From the NCBI GenBank assembly GCA_010909165.1, contig MU008176.1, positions 798,856 to 862,855 of the forward strand: a DNA stretch of 64,000 nucleotides, in the 5' to 3' direction. How positions within the stretch are numbered: the first letter of the stretch is position 1; each line of letters starts with the position of its first letter. The position numbers and the translations under genes are program-made. This DNA comes from Anthoceros angustus (taxonomy: Eukaryota; Plantae; Anthocerotophyta). The notes beneath the pieces are model-generated. The model was given only the letters and a program-made list of their open reading frames with translations. It searched no databases and was not told the DNA's origin. Below, piece after piece: positions 36,039-49,839 of this stretch.

Positions 36039-36690
36039 GACATCACGACATACTCAAATAAAATGGGTGACCATTCTGAAGTTAAGTGAGAACATTGCTT
36101 CAAAGCTCCATTGCAACTTCACACTCTATGCTTCCACATCAACTCTATAAACGCCGAATGGTTTAAAGACCTCTGACGCTAAAAAGCATGGCTCCGTATG
36201 CTCACCCAGCTTAAAGCTTTTATGGCCTTCTCAAGAAGGATGTGCGAGCTAGTCTTCTTATATTGCGATAGAAACCTCACATAAAGCAATTGCTAAGTAG
36301 TTTATAAAGCATTAAGTAACATTTTCAACCTAATAAAAGTAAAGTACAATCCTCTAGAAAATACATAGTACGACTAGACATATATACCCATGATTCCAAA
36401 TATATGCCTACTTAAGTGTGTACCGCTATAAGTAACTTTTCTTTTCTACCTTATTACTTATATATGTCTATTGAAGGTTTGTTCTAAAAATATTATCTAC
36501 TAGCTATACTATCTATATAAAATTCCAAAGTTGCTAGCTACATAAATAAAGTTCTCACTTTCTACTGAATTGCTAATGTTAGTTTTGTGAACCCTTTTTT
36601 CGGGAGTGCTTCATATAATTTTGCATATTCTTTCTCCTCATAATTTCTAAGTATCCTTACGATAGGTGAATTTCTTTAAACGATTTGGAT

Positions 36691-38888
36691 AATAATATAG
36701 AGTTCAAAGACAAGAGTGGATGTTGAGATTCAAACTCTACCGTGATATGGAAGGGGTGGTGACTCAAAAGATGGCACTTTTACTCATGCCATGATATAAC
36801 TAACATGATTATGGAAAGTATGTAGAAGTTATGGGAACGTTTAATTGCAGGCCAATAGCAAGTAGATGGAAATTGCACAATTTATATTCTTCACGAGATG
36901 TGAGGATGATTTGAATAATAATATAGAATTCAAAGACAAGAGTGGATGTCGAGATTCAAGTTCTACCACATATGGAAGAGGTGGTTCACGACCAAAAGAT
37001 GGCACTTTTCACTCATGTAGTGGTATAACTAATATGATTATGGAAAGTATGTAGAAGTGGAACGTTAATTGCGTTTGGCCAATAGCAAGTAGATGGAAAT
37101 TGCACAATTCATTCTGCGCCTGGAGATATGAGGACGATTTGAATAATAATAGAGTTCAAAGACAAGAGTGGATCCCAGATTCAAGCTCACCGCATATGGA
37201 AGGGGTGGTGACTTAAAAATGGCACTTTTACTCATGTTGGTATAAAACGTTCTGTAGAAAGGGGTTTCTCTTGAAACCCCTTTTGCACACCGGACGTGGC
37301 CGGACCCCTTGCACTCTGAAAAATCCGCACTATAATCGCCTTTTTGGTATTTCGACATGTCACCCGCAACCTTTTGAATAATTGTTTTGATACGCGTTAT
37401 TTGAGATTGTAGATTGCAAGCACGTGGCAAAACCTAAAGTCCCATTCTTGTTCGGCTTTTTCTTTCGACACAAAATTCAAAACTTATGCGCGCACTTATC
37501 TAACAGCTTCCAACACCGCAATCATTGCCGTGTTGACGATACAAACGCTTAGAGTTTTTAGGGCTTGTGTAATTGGTGTGAAAACTTGTTTTGCACCAAC
37601 CTTTCATTCATACCACTCAATCCTAAGACTATACTCTCGCCCGAATTTTACAGGACTTTGTTTCTTAGACATTGGGACAATAATATCTTCGTTGACTGAT
37701 GCTCTTGATCCTGCTGCAGAGAATGAGAGTGGCATGGTCTGCACTTGAGTTGGGCCCACGCCAAACGCCTCAAGATTCAAAAGATGCAAAAGGTTCTCAC
37801 TACTAGTTCAAAGTTTTAACCACTAGAAAAAGATGAGGCTAAGTAAAGATAAGAACATATCCACATTAGGGAGGTGCAAAAAAGGTTGAAAACGCAAAGG
37901 AACCCTTTAAAACAACAAAATATCAAAAATACCAAAATTCAAAAATATCTTAGGCAAGGCAGACTTGCCTCAAAAATTGGAATTTTTGGGTTTTTAGATT
38001 TTTGCTTTTTCTTTGATGAACCATCTGAATGCACTAGGAGGCATGAACCATATGGGTTCATGCTCCTAGGCCTTCTTGACCTTGGGTGCGTGCAGTGAAC
38101 TGGGCCTGCCCTCGGTGTGTGCACAAGTGCGCACTGGCCCCTTGCCCCTCGTGCACAAGTGCGCAGCCCTTGCCCCTTGGTGCATGCACTTGTTCACCCT
38201 AGCCCCGGCATGTTTGATGATAACCCGATTAGGTCACCACAAAAGAGACTAAACACCGTAAAGGATAAAAGGGGATAGGGTGTTCTTTGTCGCATTAGGC
38301 ATAGGATAGATATATGAGAGCGGTCTAGGTGAACCTCCGCCGATGTCTACTACTTGTTATTATTTTGCCGGGAGTTCCTCGAGATCCTCGACCTCCAAGA
38401 GGACATGTTTCATTAGAAGATCATTTTTCGTTCTTTTGCACAATGCGCACAAGTTTTAAGATAAGATTGTACCGCACTTGTGCCATAGGTCTCCTTGGAA
38501 TACAAAACATAGAGAACTACAAAATGCGTAAGCTACGGCATGACGAAATTCGAACAATGAGGTCAATTTCATCATCACCGACTAAATCGCCATGAACTGA
38601 TTAGAAGGCGCTAGCTCGATGTAAATGACTTGACAGAAGTGGCACCGAGTCGAGAATGCCAAACCGATGGATGAACACCTACAAAAACAACAAAACCAAA
38701 CCAAGTTGAGTTTTCGCAAATAGGGTTGGGTTTTTACCAAAACCCTTTGACAGGAGAAACCCCTTTCTACATGCATTGCTGTATAACTAATATGGTTGTG
38801 GAAAGTATGTAGAAGTTATGGAACGTCTAATTGCAATAGCAAGTAGATTGAATTGCACAATCATATTCTTAAGGCCGGAGATGTGAGG
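36691..38888. repeat. 233-bp satellite, unit 2 (2 full plus one interrupted)
   Basis: Markers at 36691, 36917 and about 37143. Confidence 0.88.
37245..38781. mobile_element. TIR element, copy 2
   Basis: TATA|AAACGTTCTGTAGAAAGGGGTTTCTC ... GAGAAACCCCTTTCTACATGCATTGCTG|TATA. Confidence 0.75.
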
Positions 38889-39459
38889 TGTTTAACCCTA
38901 TCCTCTGACTCAAAGAAACACAGCCTTGAGAAAAAAATTCTAAGGATGTAGTGAAGGGATGTCATCCGACAAGACTGCACTATAATGAGTCCCCGACATT
39001 TCTTTTCTTATGCTGAATTTCAGCCTCTTTATAGTATTGAGCATGCTTTGATGTTTCCCACAGCCAGCCCGTTATTACTAACCAACATAGACGCCTAAGA
39101 TCACCGCTAACTGTAATTTGTACCCTACACAAGTATGGCCACTAGTGCAGCATGACGTGAGCCATGTGTTCAATTGATGGCCCGCGTGCTCGCCCAATCA
39201 TGCATATGCATGTGTGGAAGACCACATGTACACTAACCCCTCTCAAGTGCCTGGATGAACGATTTTTTTGTTTTGGGTGTGTTTGTATAGCAAAGTTCTG
39301 AGAATCGCCGGTAAGGTCTTTTATACGGAATGGTCCTTGGTGATAATAATTTTATTTTTATTTTTTCGGACCTTAGGTTTCACCCTATGTAAGTGAAATA
39401 GAGTCCTTGGGTTTTTGTTGTAGAAATAAGAAAGTGTCTATATATGTTAGGTGCCTACA

Positions 39460-42400
39460 TTGCCCGCTTGCTAGCCAAGAGGAGGCTGGCCCACCACGGG
39501 GTCAAGAACGGACGCATGCACTGTGGGAGTTTACAACCCTAGTGGCGAGCGGGTTGCTACCGGAGCGCAACCGAGAGGACACCCAAAGACCGCGAGGTCC
39601 CCCTGTGCCAGACGCCGGAGCGGAGCCGCAGCAGCCGGGCGCTGCGATGCAACCGCGCCTGGGCCGAGTCTCTGCTCCTGCAGGAGGCGCGCGGCCAGTA
39701 AGGTGGCGCGGAGGAAGGAAACCAAAGCGCTGGGCGGCAGCGAAGGAGGAAAAGAGGCGCTGAGGCAAGAGCGCGAGGGAGTGGAGGAGACGTGGGTGGT
39801 GTTTTTCTCGACTGGCAGTGGGTTTCTTTCGAGAACAAGGAGAAGATGGAGCCGCGCAAATTTCATGCAGGGCCCAACATGGACCATCGGAAGGTGAGAG
39901 TGCCTGCGTGAGCCGGGTCTGGAATTTATGGAGAAGAAATGGTGTTACGACACCAAAGATTGGTGCAAGAGTGCGCCTGCAATTGAGAACCAGTCGCAAG
40001 AGGGCGACGCGAGGAAGAGGCAAAACTGGATTTGGGGCTCTTTCGAAAAGGTATGGCGAAGCATGAGGATGGAAGCTTGGTAATGAAGAAAGAAGACCGA
40101 GAGCCGCAGCCGGCCATGAAGCCCGGAGAAGTGAGGGTGAATAATGGATGGGTGACTCGCCAACTCGTGTCTGCGCACCGGTGGGATTGGCCAAGTGGAT
40201 TTTGTGTTTCCGTAATGAAGTTGGATCATATGGCGGCGCACTACTCGGTCTTTCATGAGGTGGTTAAAGGTACAAATCGATTGGGGCGGATGATCTTGAA
40301 AGACTGTGAGGAGAGGGCGATTTGCTCTCCCTTCCCTCGGCCCTCCTTGATTTCACCTTTTTCTAATTCATGTTCACAGATTCGGTGTCTAACGAGTTGG
40401 AAGTCGGTCCTTCATAGCCGGAAACCGTGGAACTCAAGGTAGAGGAGGAGGAGGTAAGGAGGATTCCGGAAATTCCAAGAGCTGGGAATGCGCCTCCTAG
40501 AAGATTCGGATGAAGGTGGGGAGGTTTCCAAGGGCAAGAAGCGGAGGGGCGAACGAACGGCTCCAAGAAGGGAAGGACAAAAGCAGAAGAGGAACCCACA
40601 GCCACACCTAGGGTCACCAGTCAAATCGGCAGCAGAACGGGTGAAGGAGGAGAAAATAAAAGGGAAACGACAAGTTGTTCCTCTCAGTGCAGGAGGCCGC
40701 CGCTAGGAGAGATTGGAGCGGATGAGGAAGTAGTGGCAAACCAACCCCTAGAAGAAGAGGGGTTAGTTTCGAGCCAAGTCCGCGACGGAGCTCCGAACAT
40801 TTTTGGCGACATTTCACCGACCCCACCTCAAGTGGAGACAGTGACACCGTCAAGGCGAATTGTTGTGGAGGGAATGGGCACGGGCAGCCCAATTGAATCA
40901 CAGCCCGACCATGGCCATGACGCAGCGTGATCTCCTCGACCAGCCCCATGGCTCTCACCGGCCGAGTAACAGGAAAAGTTGCTCAAAAGTTGGAGAGCCT
41001 AGAAGGCGAGAACAAGGTGGCAGAGAGGAGCGCAGACGGAATGCGAGGCGGCCCTATGCAAGGCATGGGAGCTAAGGGCCATGTCCACCCAACAGAGGCC
41101 TTAGTGAATCAGTCAAGGGGCGACTACAATTGAGGAGCTTCAAGATGAGGTCTCATGAGCCCAGAACAAGTGGAAACAATGGCGCCCGAGAAATTCAAGA
41201 AGTCATGAGAGATACAAGCGAGAGAGATGAAGCTAGGCCGAGTCAAGAGAGAGGTGGCCAAACCAAGAAGGGCAGAGCCACAAAGAACCGCAGAGTCAAG
41301 CCACCACCGGGGAAGCCACCACCACGGTGGCTAAACCACCACCGTCATGGAAGAGGAACCGAGGTGGGGAAGTCACCGGCTGTGAGCGCCGCAGTGGGGA
41401 TACGATCCGGATTCCTAAGGCGCCGCCTGTGATTGTCCACGGGAGGAGAGGTAAGAACCTCAGAGCGAGGGCGACAGTTACGGCCCGGATGAGGATGCTC
41501 ATGTCCTGGCTTCGCATGGTGAGCGGTGCTCACCTAAATGTGTATGTGGTTGTTGGGATGAGGGGCGTAAACTATTGGCTGCACATCTTGACCGCCACTG
41601 CGCTGGTTCTTCCGAACGGGAGCGGGGCCTACCCCCAAGTGGTGATCGAGGAAATGAGCGGCGAGGCAGAGCGTGGAGGGAGGAGCACACTGCAGTGGCT
41701 CACATGAGGAGCGGAATAATGCATAGGGCCTCGACGACGCCCATGGAAGACGCCAAGAAACCGCAGCATGACAAAGGTGGAGGTTTTGGGGAGAATCGCC
41801 GGGATCGCAGGGGTAAGGTGAGAGCGAGAGCGAGGGAACCCCTCCGCTTGGGTGGCTAGGCTGGAATCATGACGCTCACCGATTTTAGAGGAGCGACATC
41901 GCATTGGCGGGTTTTTTTCAAGTTAGAGGATAGGATGTTTGAGGATCCGAGTCAGAGTTACCAAGAATAGGAGCGCCTGGTAGTGGGCCATATTCTATAG
42001 TAATCAAAGGAGGGTGAGCTGGAGACCGAAATGGATGTATAAGAGACCATTTTTGCGCTCTCTTAATGTGACACCACAGTGCCTCGGGTCGAGGTCCCAG
42101 CTCCTCAGAGACAGCTGGCAACGAAAGCGGGGTCACGACTCCCATGCACCGTAGAGCTGCCGAAGGCGCCACACAGCCCAATTCATGTCAAAATTGCCCC
42201 ATTGAGTCAGCACGTTAGTGACAATAGGCACAACCAGGGTGGATGAGGTGGGCGAAATGGAATCCAACCCTCCTCGAGTAGGTGTTGCCGGAGAATCGCT
42301 GTAATCATTCATTGCCACTCTAGGGATGAACTGCAGTGGTAGCATATATGCCATCACTAGGGGTGTACCCACCGCTTCCCCCGAGCCCTGAGTGGCACTG

Positions 42401-43733
42401 GAGTTGTTCTCATTGCGCCGCAGTTGTGTTCATCTGATACCCTCAACACACCCGCCTAGAAGGGAATGGCTGACACCCAGCTACGTTTCCTCCTATCCGG
42501 CTGTGAGTCCGGGTTAGAAGGCATAGGAGCAGCTGCGTGAAGGGGGGCCGGGGCTGCGGCCGGGTCCATAATCGCTGCAGCCAAATTGACATCGGCACCC
42601 AATTGCGAAGATGCTAACTCCGGAGGGGAAGCCAACATCTTGCAGCGGCCACCAGTTGGCTCAGCTGCGCTAAAGATGAAACACGAGGTGGAGGCCGGGC
42701 TCGGGCTGGTGGGGGCAAGGCTGGGGGTGTCCTTGGGGTGTTCGAAGAAGCCGATGTCAAATCTAGCAGAGTAAAGGGATGGCCGATCGGTAGGGGATTC
42801 GGGGGTGGCGATACAGGTGAGGACTTGCGCCACTTGCTGGGCTAAGGGAAGATTGGGTGTGAAAGTAGTGGGGATGGTAGATATGGCAATATTGTTAGCC
42901 TTTGATGGGCAAGAGGGAGTACTTAGAGTGATAGATATGATGGGGTGGGAGTCCTATGCGGGAAGGATGGAGGTTGGGTTTGGATCAGCCCACTCAACCA
43001 TTGGTGTGTCAGCAACCGGGGGGTGAAGAGAAACTACAATGGCGGTGAGTTTGAGGGGGATGGGGAGTGAAGAAGAGGGGGTAGAAGGACCAGTTTGCGT
43101 GATGGGGGACATGCTAGGGGGCGAGCTGTGAGAAGTAGGGTTGGGGAGGGCAAAGGACCAAATTTCAGGACAAGCTTGTGAGCCTTTAGTTTGCTCGGAG
43201 GAGAATTTGGGGTACTGTGGGCCACGGACTCTCCCCTTGGGTAGGAAATGAGCTAGGTTTTGTTTTTTTTCGTAGGCGCGGAGTAGAAAATAAGGCGGAA
43301 AGGGAGAAATAAGGTCGGAGTACTCGGATCAGGCGTGTAGGGCCTGGATCACCTCCCGGAGGGGCCTCGACCGCACTCGGAAGAGCTACGGACTACACTT
43401 GGGAGTGGATGACCGCACCCGAGCGCACTGCAAGTCCGGACTACACTCCAGGCAGACGAGATAAGTACGCCAAGTAAAGTAACTTAGGAGGAGGCGTGTT
43501 TAGGCGAGACGTGGGCCACGTGGAGCCTCCGGGAGGTGAAGCAGGCATGCAAATGGGACTAGACCGTAGGGGTTATAGGCGGTATTCACGCTCGCACATG
43601 CCGCGGAAGGCAGTAGAGCATAGCTGGCGGGCGAAGACCAGTACACGGCGTGGCTAGAAGTAAGCGGCGCGGGCCTCGGCGCTACGAAGACGCGCCCGCC
43701 GCCGACGCCTCGGCCGCGGGCGAAGGTCATTCT
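39460..43733 (+). mobile_element. gypsy-like 3' half, copy 2 (partial LTR 43216-43733)
   Basis: Collinear with 23640-28789. PPT-like GGAGGAGAATTTGGGG before TGTGGGCCAC at 43216. Confidence 0.6.
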
Positions 43734-46378
43734 TGTTAGAATGTGAAAAAGGTTCTTGTTAACCTACCAGTTATTATTTAGTTATTTAATATCTTAGTTA
43801 GTGGTGAATGGTCATACCTGCTCACATGAAGTACTTAAGACAATTTTGTATTCAACTTTTAATTAATTGCTTTATTCCTTCTTGCAATTTAACGAGCTTC
43901 CGCTCACAAAAGTTTCATGGTATCAGAGCACCAGGTGCTCAATGTCTGAATATATGTTAGATCCATTCTTGTCTTTCTATATATTGCAGACTTGCTAGTA
44001 TTCTAGGACCCTAAGGCTTCTAGCGTTACAATGCTTTGCTTATTTAATCTGAATATGTGAAGCAAAAGAGCAATGAGCGGAGGGGCGTGGATTACGAGGA
44101 TCTATTTTATTTCTCTATTCCGATCATCTTAGAGCCCAGGCGGTGAATTAGACAACAAATTCCTCGGATCGGACACTTGAGCAAGTTCCAAGTTCCGGGC
44201 GTCTAGGAGTACACACACAATCGATGTGAAGGATTGTTGTGGTGTCTCTCCCGTCGTCCAGCATTCATCGTTCAAGGGTTTATAATCGCAATCAGCATCG
44301 GACCGAGAATGGTTTGTTGACCATATACGTCTTTGGACAACTTCTAAATTCCGCTTCAATCTACAGAAAATTTGCTGATGAGGGTTTCCACACAATTGGC
44401 TGGTAGGATTACCTCGGTGTATAGAAGACTTCAAGAGATTCAGGCCACGGTAGATGAATTGGTTGTTTCCCTTGAACAATTTAACTCTGGGCGAACTATG
44501 GCCTTCTCTGCGAGAGATCCAATTTCTGCATTGTACTGCCCTAGCCTCAAGCAACGATGTGAGGAGGCTTCCAAGAGGTAGCCAGCTGTAATTCTTACGA
44601 GTTGTGGTGCCTCAAGCCATAATTTCGATGATTGCTTGTAGAATTTTCTTTGGATTCTGCAACATCTTTATTCTTGGCTCAAGAGGTGTCACGGGACTTG
44701 GCGGTTGGTGTAGGGAGCCACACGAAAGGTGCCCTAACTTTAGTTTCCACCGTCCTCTTTTTTCGTAACCTAAAAATCACACAAAGTGAAGCGTTATTAG
44801 TTAAGTTCTTGTACCCCTTCCACTCTCCTTGTTTGCTGCCCCCTCTTCATACCTTTGTTATTCTTTTCCAGCCAACATTTTTCCGTTTATATGATATTGG
44901 CGGACTTTAGTGATGACTTAGATGAGGAGGCAGTAGGCGATTTTCTTAACTCGTTAGCCTCTCAGTTTCCTTCCTTCTCTCCACCTATTCCTCCTGTTTT
45001 TATCAAAATGGCTAGAGGAACATCATCTGATGGGGAATTTAAGAAAAGGACAGTTTGATGGCAAACCGCTAGGTATGAGAAGTGTAGCTAGGATGAAGGC
45101 CTTCCTGGATGCACGTGATGTTTGGAAATTTGTGGATGGCTCCATTCCCCAACCAGGAACCGGTGCATTACTTGAAGAGATAGCCAAATTCAACAAAGGC
45201 AACAAAATTGCATTTGCCATTTTGCTATCTGGTTTGGATGAGGCCACTGTGACAGAGGTTGAGTTTCTACCAACTGCAGCCGACGTCTGGAGACAATTGA
45301 AGGACACCTATCAAGTGCAAAACATCCTAACCTTAGTTGCTGCAAGAAATGACTTCTATGGGTTAAGGATGAAGGAAGGAGACACGATAGGAGCGCACAT
45401 CAGCAAATTCAGATACCTCAAGGCGCAGCTCTCCATGCTTGGAAGCAAGCTTGAGGATATTGATGTTGTGGCTCGCTATCCAAACCTTCCTCCCTCCTAT
45501 CGAATTTGTCTCAAGTCAAAATTTCGTTGCGCTCGTATCCGCAGTGAAAGCCGGAACTGCACCACTCTTACCCTCAATGAGCTCATTACGCTCTACATCC
45601 AGAGGAATAGAGTAGGACACGATCTAGTGGCACCGCAAGGGTGCGCACGGATAAGGTCCTTGTTGCATCCAAGGGAAAAGCGTTTGGACAGGGGAGAGAC
45701 AAGGGGAAGAAGAAAAAGTACCCAACACTTGCTCCCGCTGCTGCCAAACGTGAAGGTACATGCAATTGGTGTCAAATTCCAGGTCACTGGGAACGAGATT
45801 GTCGCAAGAAGAAGGCTGATGAGCCACGGAAGGATTCCAAACCTCTAGTTCATGTGGCTTCCAAGGGATCTTCCTCGCAGGCCGCTTCTAAGAGTAGCTT
45901 TTCTGTTCTCACGGTCTGCCTTACTTCTTTTCGTGAAGTCTCCCCACTTTGGTTCATAGACTCTGGGGCTGACCATGTAACAATCGACTCTCTCAACCTT
46001 CCAGTCGGAAGGAAGCAGCTTGGTCTATGTGGGGATTCTCGTGGAGTTGATGTGAAGGGTAGTGGTTCAGTTGACATACCTCTTGCTGATGGTTCACAGT
46101 TGCAATTGCTGGATGTTCTCTTCGTTCCTGGAATGTCGAAGAATTTGCTCTCTATAAGAGCTCTTACACAATCAACTTTGGTTGGGTTCAGATTTGAATT
46201 GAACAACTGCTGCTTGTATAAAATTTCCAGCCCTGATATGTGCATAGCAAGAGGTGTCCTGGTTAATAAACTTTATCAGCTACAAGTGTTGTCCCAAGTT
46301 CAGCGGCTTGCACATTGCTACATCGGCCGTCGATTCTTTGAACTTGGCATGCTTTGGTCATCAACAAGGCAAAATTGA
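43734..46378 (+). mobile_element. Truncated second-family Ty1/copia (LTR 43734-43917, PBS TGGTATCAGAGC 43918-43929, gag, zinc knuckle, protease)
   Basis: VWKFVDGSIPQP, VWRQLKDTY, FYGLRMKEGDTIGAHISKF (copia Gag), CNWCQIPGHWERDC (CCHC), WFIDSGA (protease), VLFVPGMSKNLLSI. Ends before the integrase core. Confidence 0.9.
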
Positions 46379-46589
46379 GTTTGATGTCTTCTATAAAAAC
46401 AAGGAAAAAAACCATAGGCCAAGGACGTTTCTTTTATAAATACCTTTGCCTACTAACATCTTGACTTATTTTCACACCACACTCGACCAAAAAAACAAAA
46501 AAAACACTTCAAGGCACATCCCAACAAGGGGTTTCCGAGTCCAGATCGTTTACATACTCCCCTTCTCACTTGTTGGCGTCCTCGTCAAC

Positions 46590-48335
46590 TTAGGTATAAT
46601 ACTTCTTGATCCTCCACCCGTTAACCCGGGTTGGTAGTGGAGGTCCACTTAACTCTTGCAGCTGTACGGATCCATTGGCGAAGACTTCGAGAACTCTATA
46701 TGGCCCCATCCATCGAAGGTGGAGCCCGCTTCGCCTGAATATCCTGCATAACAATCAATGCTGGTTCCCTATCCTCGGTGTGTTTAGCGAAGCCGACCAG
46801 GCGCTCCATTTGACTCTCCTCTACTGCCATGCGGTTAGATTCCTGGATGCGCAGGGTAGGAATTTCAAACTCAACAGGCATTACCGGAGAATGGCCGTAG
46901 GTGAGGTAGTACGGTGTTTGTTGCGTTGTTATTTTTCTTACCTGTCCACATGCGCGAGCGGAGTGAAGCTTGAGATCCAAATCATACGATATTCCACCGT
47001 TAGTTTGTTGAGGATCCACAAAAGCCCATTCGCTTCTCCGTGAGCCCATTCGCCTTTGGATTATAAGGAGTCGCCTGTATGAACGTTGAAGTATATCGTC
47101 ATATGGGAAATGACTTCATTGTGACGTGGGCCTACATTGACGACGGTTCAAGGGACAACTAGTGTAGTGTAACTGTTCATAGAGGAACGGCCACCACATG
47201 AGCCGTGGTCTCACAGAGTGCCCGGCCTCCACCATCTGGCGATGCAATAGTCGGTGGCCACTAGGATATATTGGTTTTGTCGCGTTTTCGTCTTTGGCTG
47301 GATAGGGCCAACAAAATCTATTCCCCATTTCTCGAATGGCGCCAGGGCCAATATCAGAACCATGGGCCATTGGGTGGTTGCAGATGGTTTTCCAACCCTC
47401 TGACAGGCGTCGCAACATTTTACAAAGTCCTTAGCGTCCTGATGCATGGTTTGCCACCAATACCCTGTTTCGAGCAGCTTTTTGCACGTGATATGTGCTG
47501 CAAAATGTCCCCCCGCTTCTCCTTCGTGCATCTCTGTCAGCACTCGAATAATCTGTTCTCCTGTCACCCACAACCTCTCCGTCCATCCGGTCCGATTGTA
47601 CAATTGTTGCGCTCGTACAAAGAACGCGAATAGTGCACAATGCTGGCTGGGTCTCGAAGATCGGTGGTATTCTTCCTGCGTTTTAAACTCAAGCATCTCC
47701 GCGTGGGTGGGCCTGGTGTACCCTGCCCTCCCCTTCTCATTTCCTGCCGAACCGCCATTGGCCTTCGCCTTATGATTCGGCCGTGCCGCTTCCCCCTCTA
47801 ACTCTGCCGCGAACAAAGCTTCATCGGGAAAATCGTCGTTCTGGTCCTGTGTAACCACCTCCATCTTCAGCCTTGATATGTAATCTGCATTCACATGCTT
47901 ACTACCCTCCCTTGTCTCTACCGTGAACGTGAATTCCTGCAGTAGCAGAATCCATCTTGCGATGCGTCCGGACAGGTCAGTTTTGTTTACCAGGTGTTTG
48001 AGGGCGAAGTGGTCGACATGGAAGACGAACTCGTAGGATAGCAAATAGTGACGGAACTTGCGAACCGAGTATACCATTCCTAGCGCCTCCCTTTCGGTGG
48101 TAGTATATTTCCTTTCTGCATCAGTGAGCTGTCTTCCTGCATAATAAATTGGGTAATCATGCTTCTTGTCATCCCTCTGGCTTAGAATGGTTCCGATTGC
48201 ATAACGCTCACAAACACATGGAATTCTTGCTCCGGCCTACCGCATGGGTGCCGTGGATCGTGGTGGTTTGAAGGTCATCAGGGCTCCTCTCGCTCCTCCG
48301 CCCACTCCCACTCCCCGAGGGGCCACAATAGACTC
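46590..48335 (-). mobile_element. Ty3/gypsy RNaseH-integrase fragment, non-chromovirus
   Basis: ORF 48077-47211: HYLL, RIARWILLLQEF, HEGEAGGHF...CDACQR (HHCC), PFEKWGIDFVGP, ILVATDY. GPY/F module WMGPYRVLEVFANGSVQL...RVNGWRIKKYYT then stop at 46590; no chromodomain. Confidence 0.92.
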
Positions 48336-49023
48336 ACTAAAAGGAGGGGAGGAAAGAATTTTCGTGCTTGTTCGGGTTTTGTCCCACACAACGAGAAGGA
48401 ATGCAATTAAGGCATTGCTTGTCCTACTCAAAACCTCGGTCAGGGTCGGGTTACGGGGGAAACGGCCCTAAATGTCTCAAGTCTAGAGATCCATCGGTAG
48501 ATTTATACACTTATCTTACATGATCACTATTAGCGACCTTTGTGAGCCAGTTAGGGGGTTAGCCTAATCCTCTTTACTTGGCCTACCAACCTTTATTTAT
48601 ATGCTAGTGAGTTGCGACGAGAAAAATCTTCTCCTCCTAATTTCAGACAAAAGATTTGGTTTCAGTGGTGCCCATGCACACGACTTAACCTTCGTAGATG
48701 TGTCTCTTGCACCCATGGCACCTCTACTTCACCCTGTGAGACATCTTTCACAAATACGAGACACTTATCAATATATTTCTCGCTTTTATTTCGAGATAAC
48801 TAAACTTAGTATTCATATATGATTGATATTCCTATCGATATTTTCTAAGCAAGCATGTGCCCCTGTCCTACTTCTTGTTATACTTAAATATTTTGTATCG
48901 ACTAGAAACAATGCTTAAATCAAAATTGAAAGGCAACAAATATATCGATATAGTATCACTTGGATTACGCTAGATTACACCAGCCTAAAGCCTTCTCGTA
49001 GACTATCTCAAGCTTTCATGTTG

Positions 49024-49215
49024 TCAGATTGCCTCCTTAGAAGCCCTACACATTAGAGGATTCTCAGTCTTTGAAAGCTCGTAAACCAAGTAGTTTCCGA
49101 GTTGCTTCCAAGCCATAATTGGATTGGGAAGGTCAAAGACAAAGAATTTCACAACTGAAGAAAACTCCTCGAACTTCCTACCAATGTAAAACAATCCTTC
49201 ATCAGTAAACAGCAT
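49024..49215 (-). other. Second copy of the conserved 63-aa ORF
   Basis: Translation identical to 33739-33930. Confidence 0.4.
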
Positions 49216-49839
49216 CGGACACTCCTAGATAGCATGACTATGATAGCAGAGTCCCTCCTTGGCCCAAGGCAATATTATCTTGATTACAGGGGAGGCGCCC
49301 TCGACTACGGTGACGCCCAAGAAAATATTGCCTCCTTCTGAAGTTCATGACTCTCCTTTCTTTGCATCCCCATTCGACGCCTTTCTGCGGCACTCAAGGG
49401 GATGCAAAGAAGAAAGGAAACAAAGAGTTGCCGAGGATCCTTGTCAATAGGAGGAAGACCTTATGCGAGCAAAGGAGAAGAATGGCCCATGGAGTATCCG
49501 CGATGTCATCCTCAACATCCACGGCTCTTTGTTAGCTTAGTCGATGAGCTCGTCCACTTTGTCGATCACTACTTGCCTGTTGCCGGCCTCGACTTGCTTC
49601 TTTCCCAGAGCACCTCCCCGCACCTCTTCCTTCTATCTCTTCACCATTCAAGAACTTCTTGGCCACGGATTGTTGCTTTGGGGTCTCACCCTCACGAACT
49701 CTCGCAATCTTAGTTCTCGTATTTTCCTCGCAGTTTAGGTCGTGAGCGTCTTCTCCTCGGTCTGCTTTTTTTAGTGTACTATTATTTTGAGTTGATATAA
49801 AATCGACACAAGCTCTTCACTGAAAAAAAAAAAAAAAAC

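Larger units (their letters stand above)
19959..36104. repeat. Composite tandem unit 1 (16146 bp)
   Basis: Anchor GCTCCATTGCAA at 19959, 36105 and 51367. All internal modules are collinear with unit 2. Confidence 0.93.

Noticed and set aside
38320-38365. VVDIGGGSP (ASKHA or methyltransferase-like motif) on the minus strand in the TIR element
   Set aside because: Preceded by stop codons, not preserved in unit 1, and no supporting motifs.
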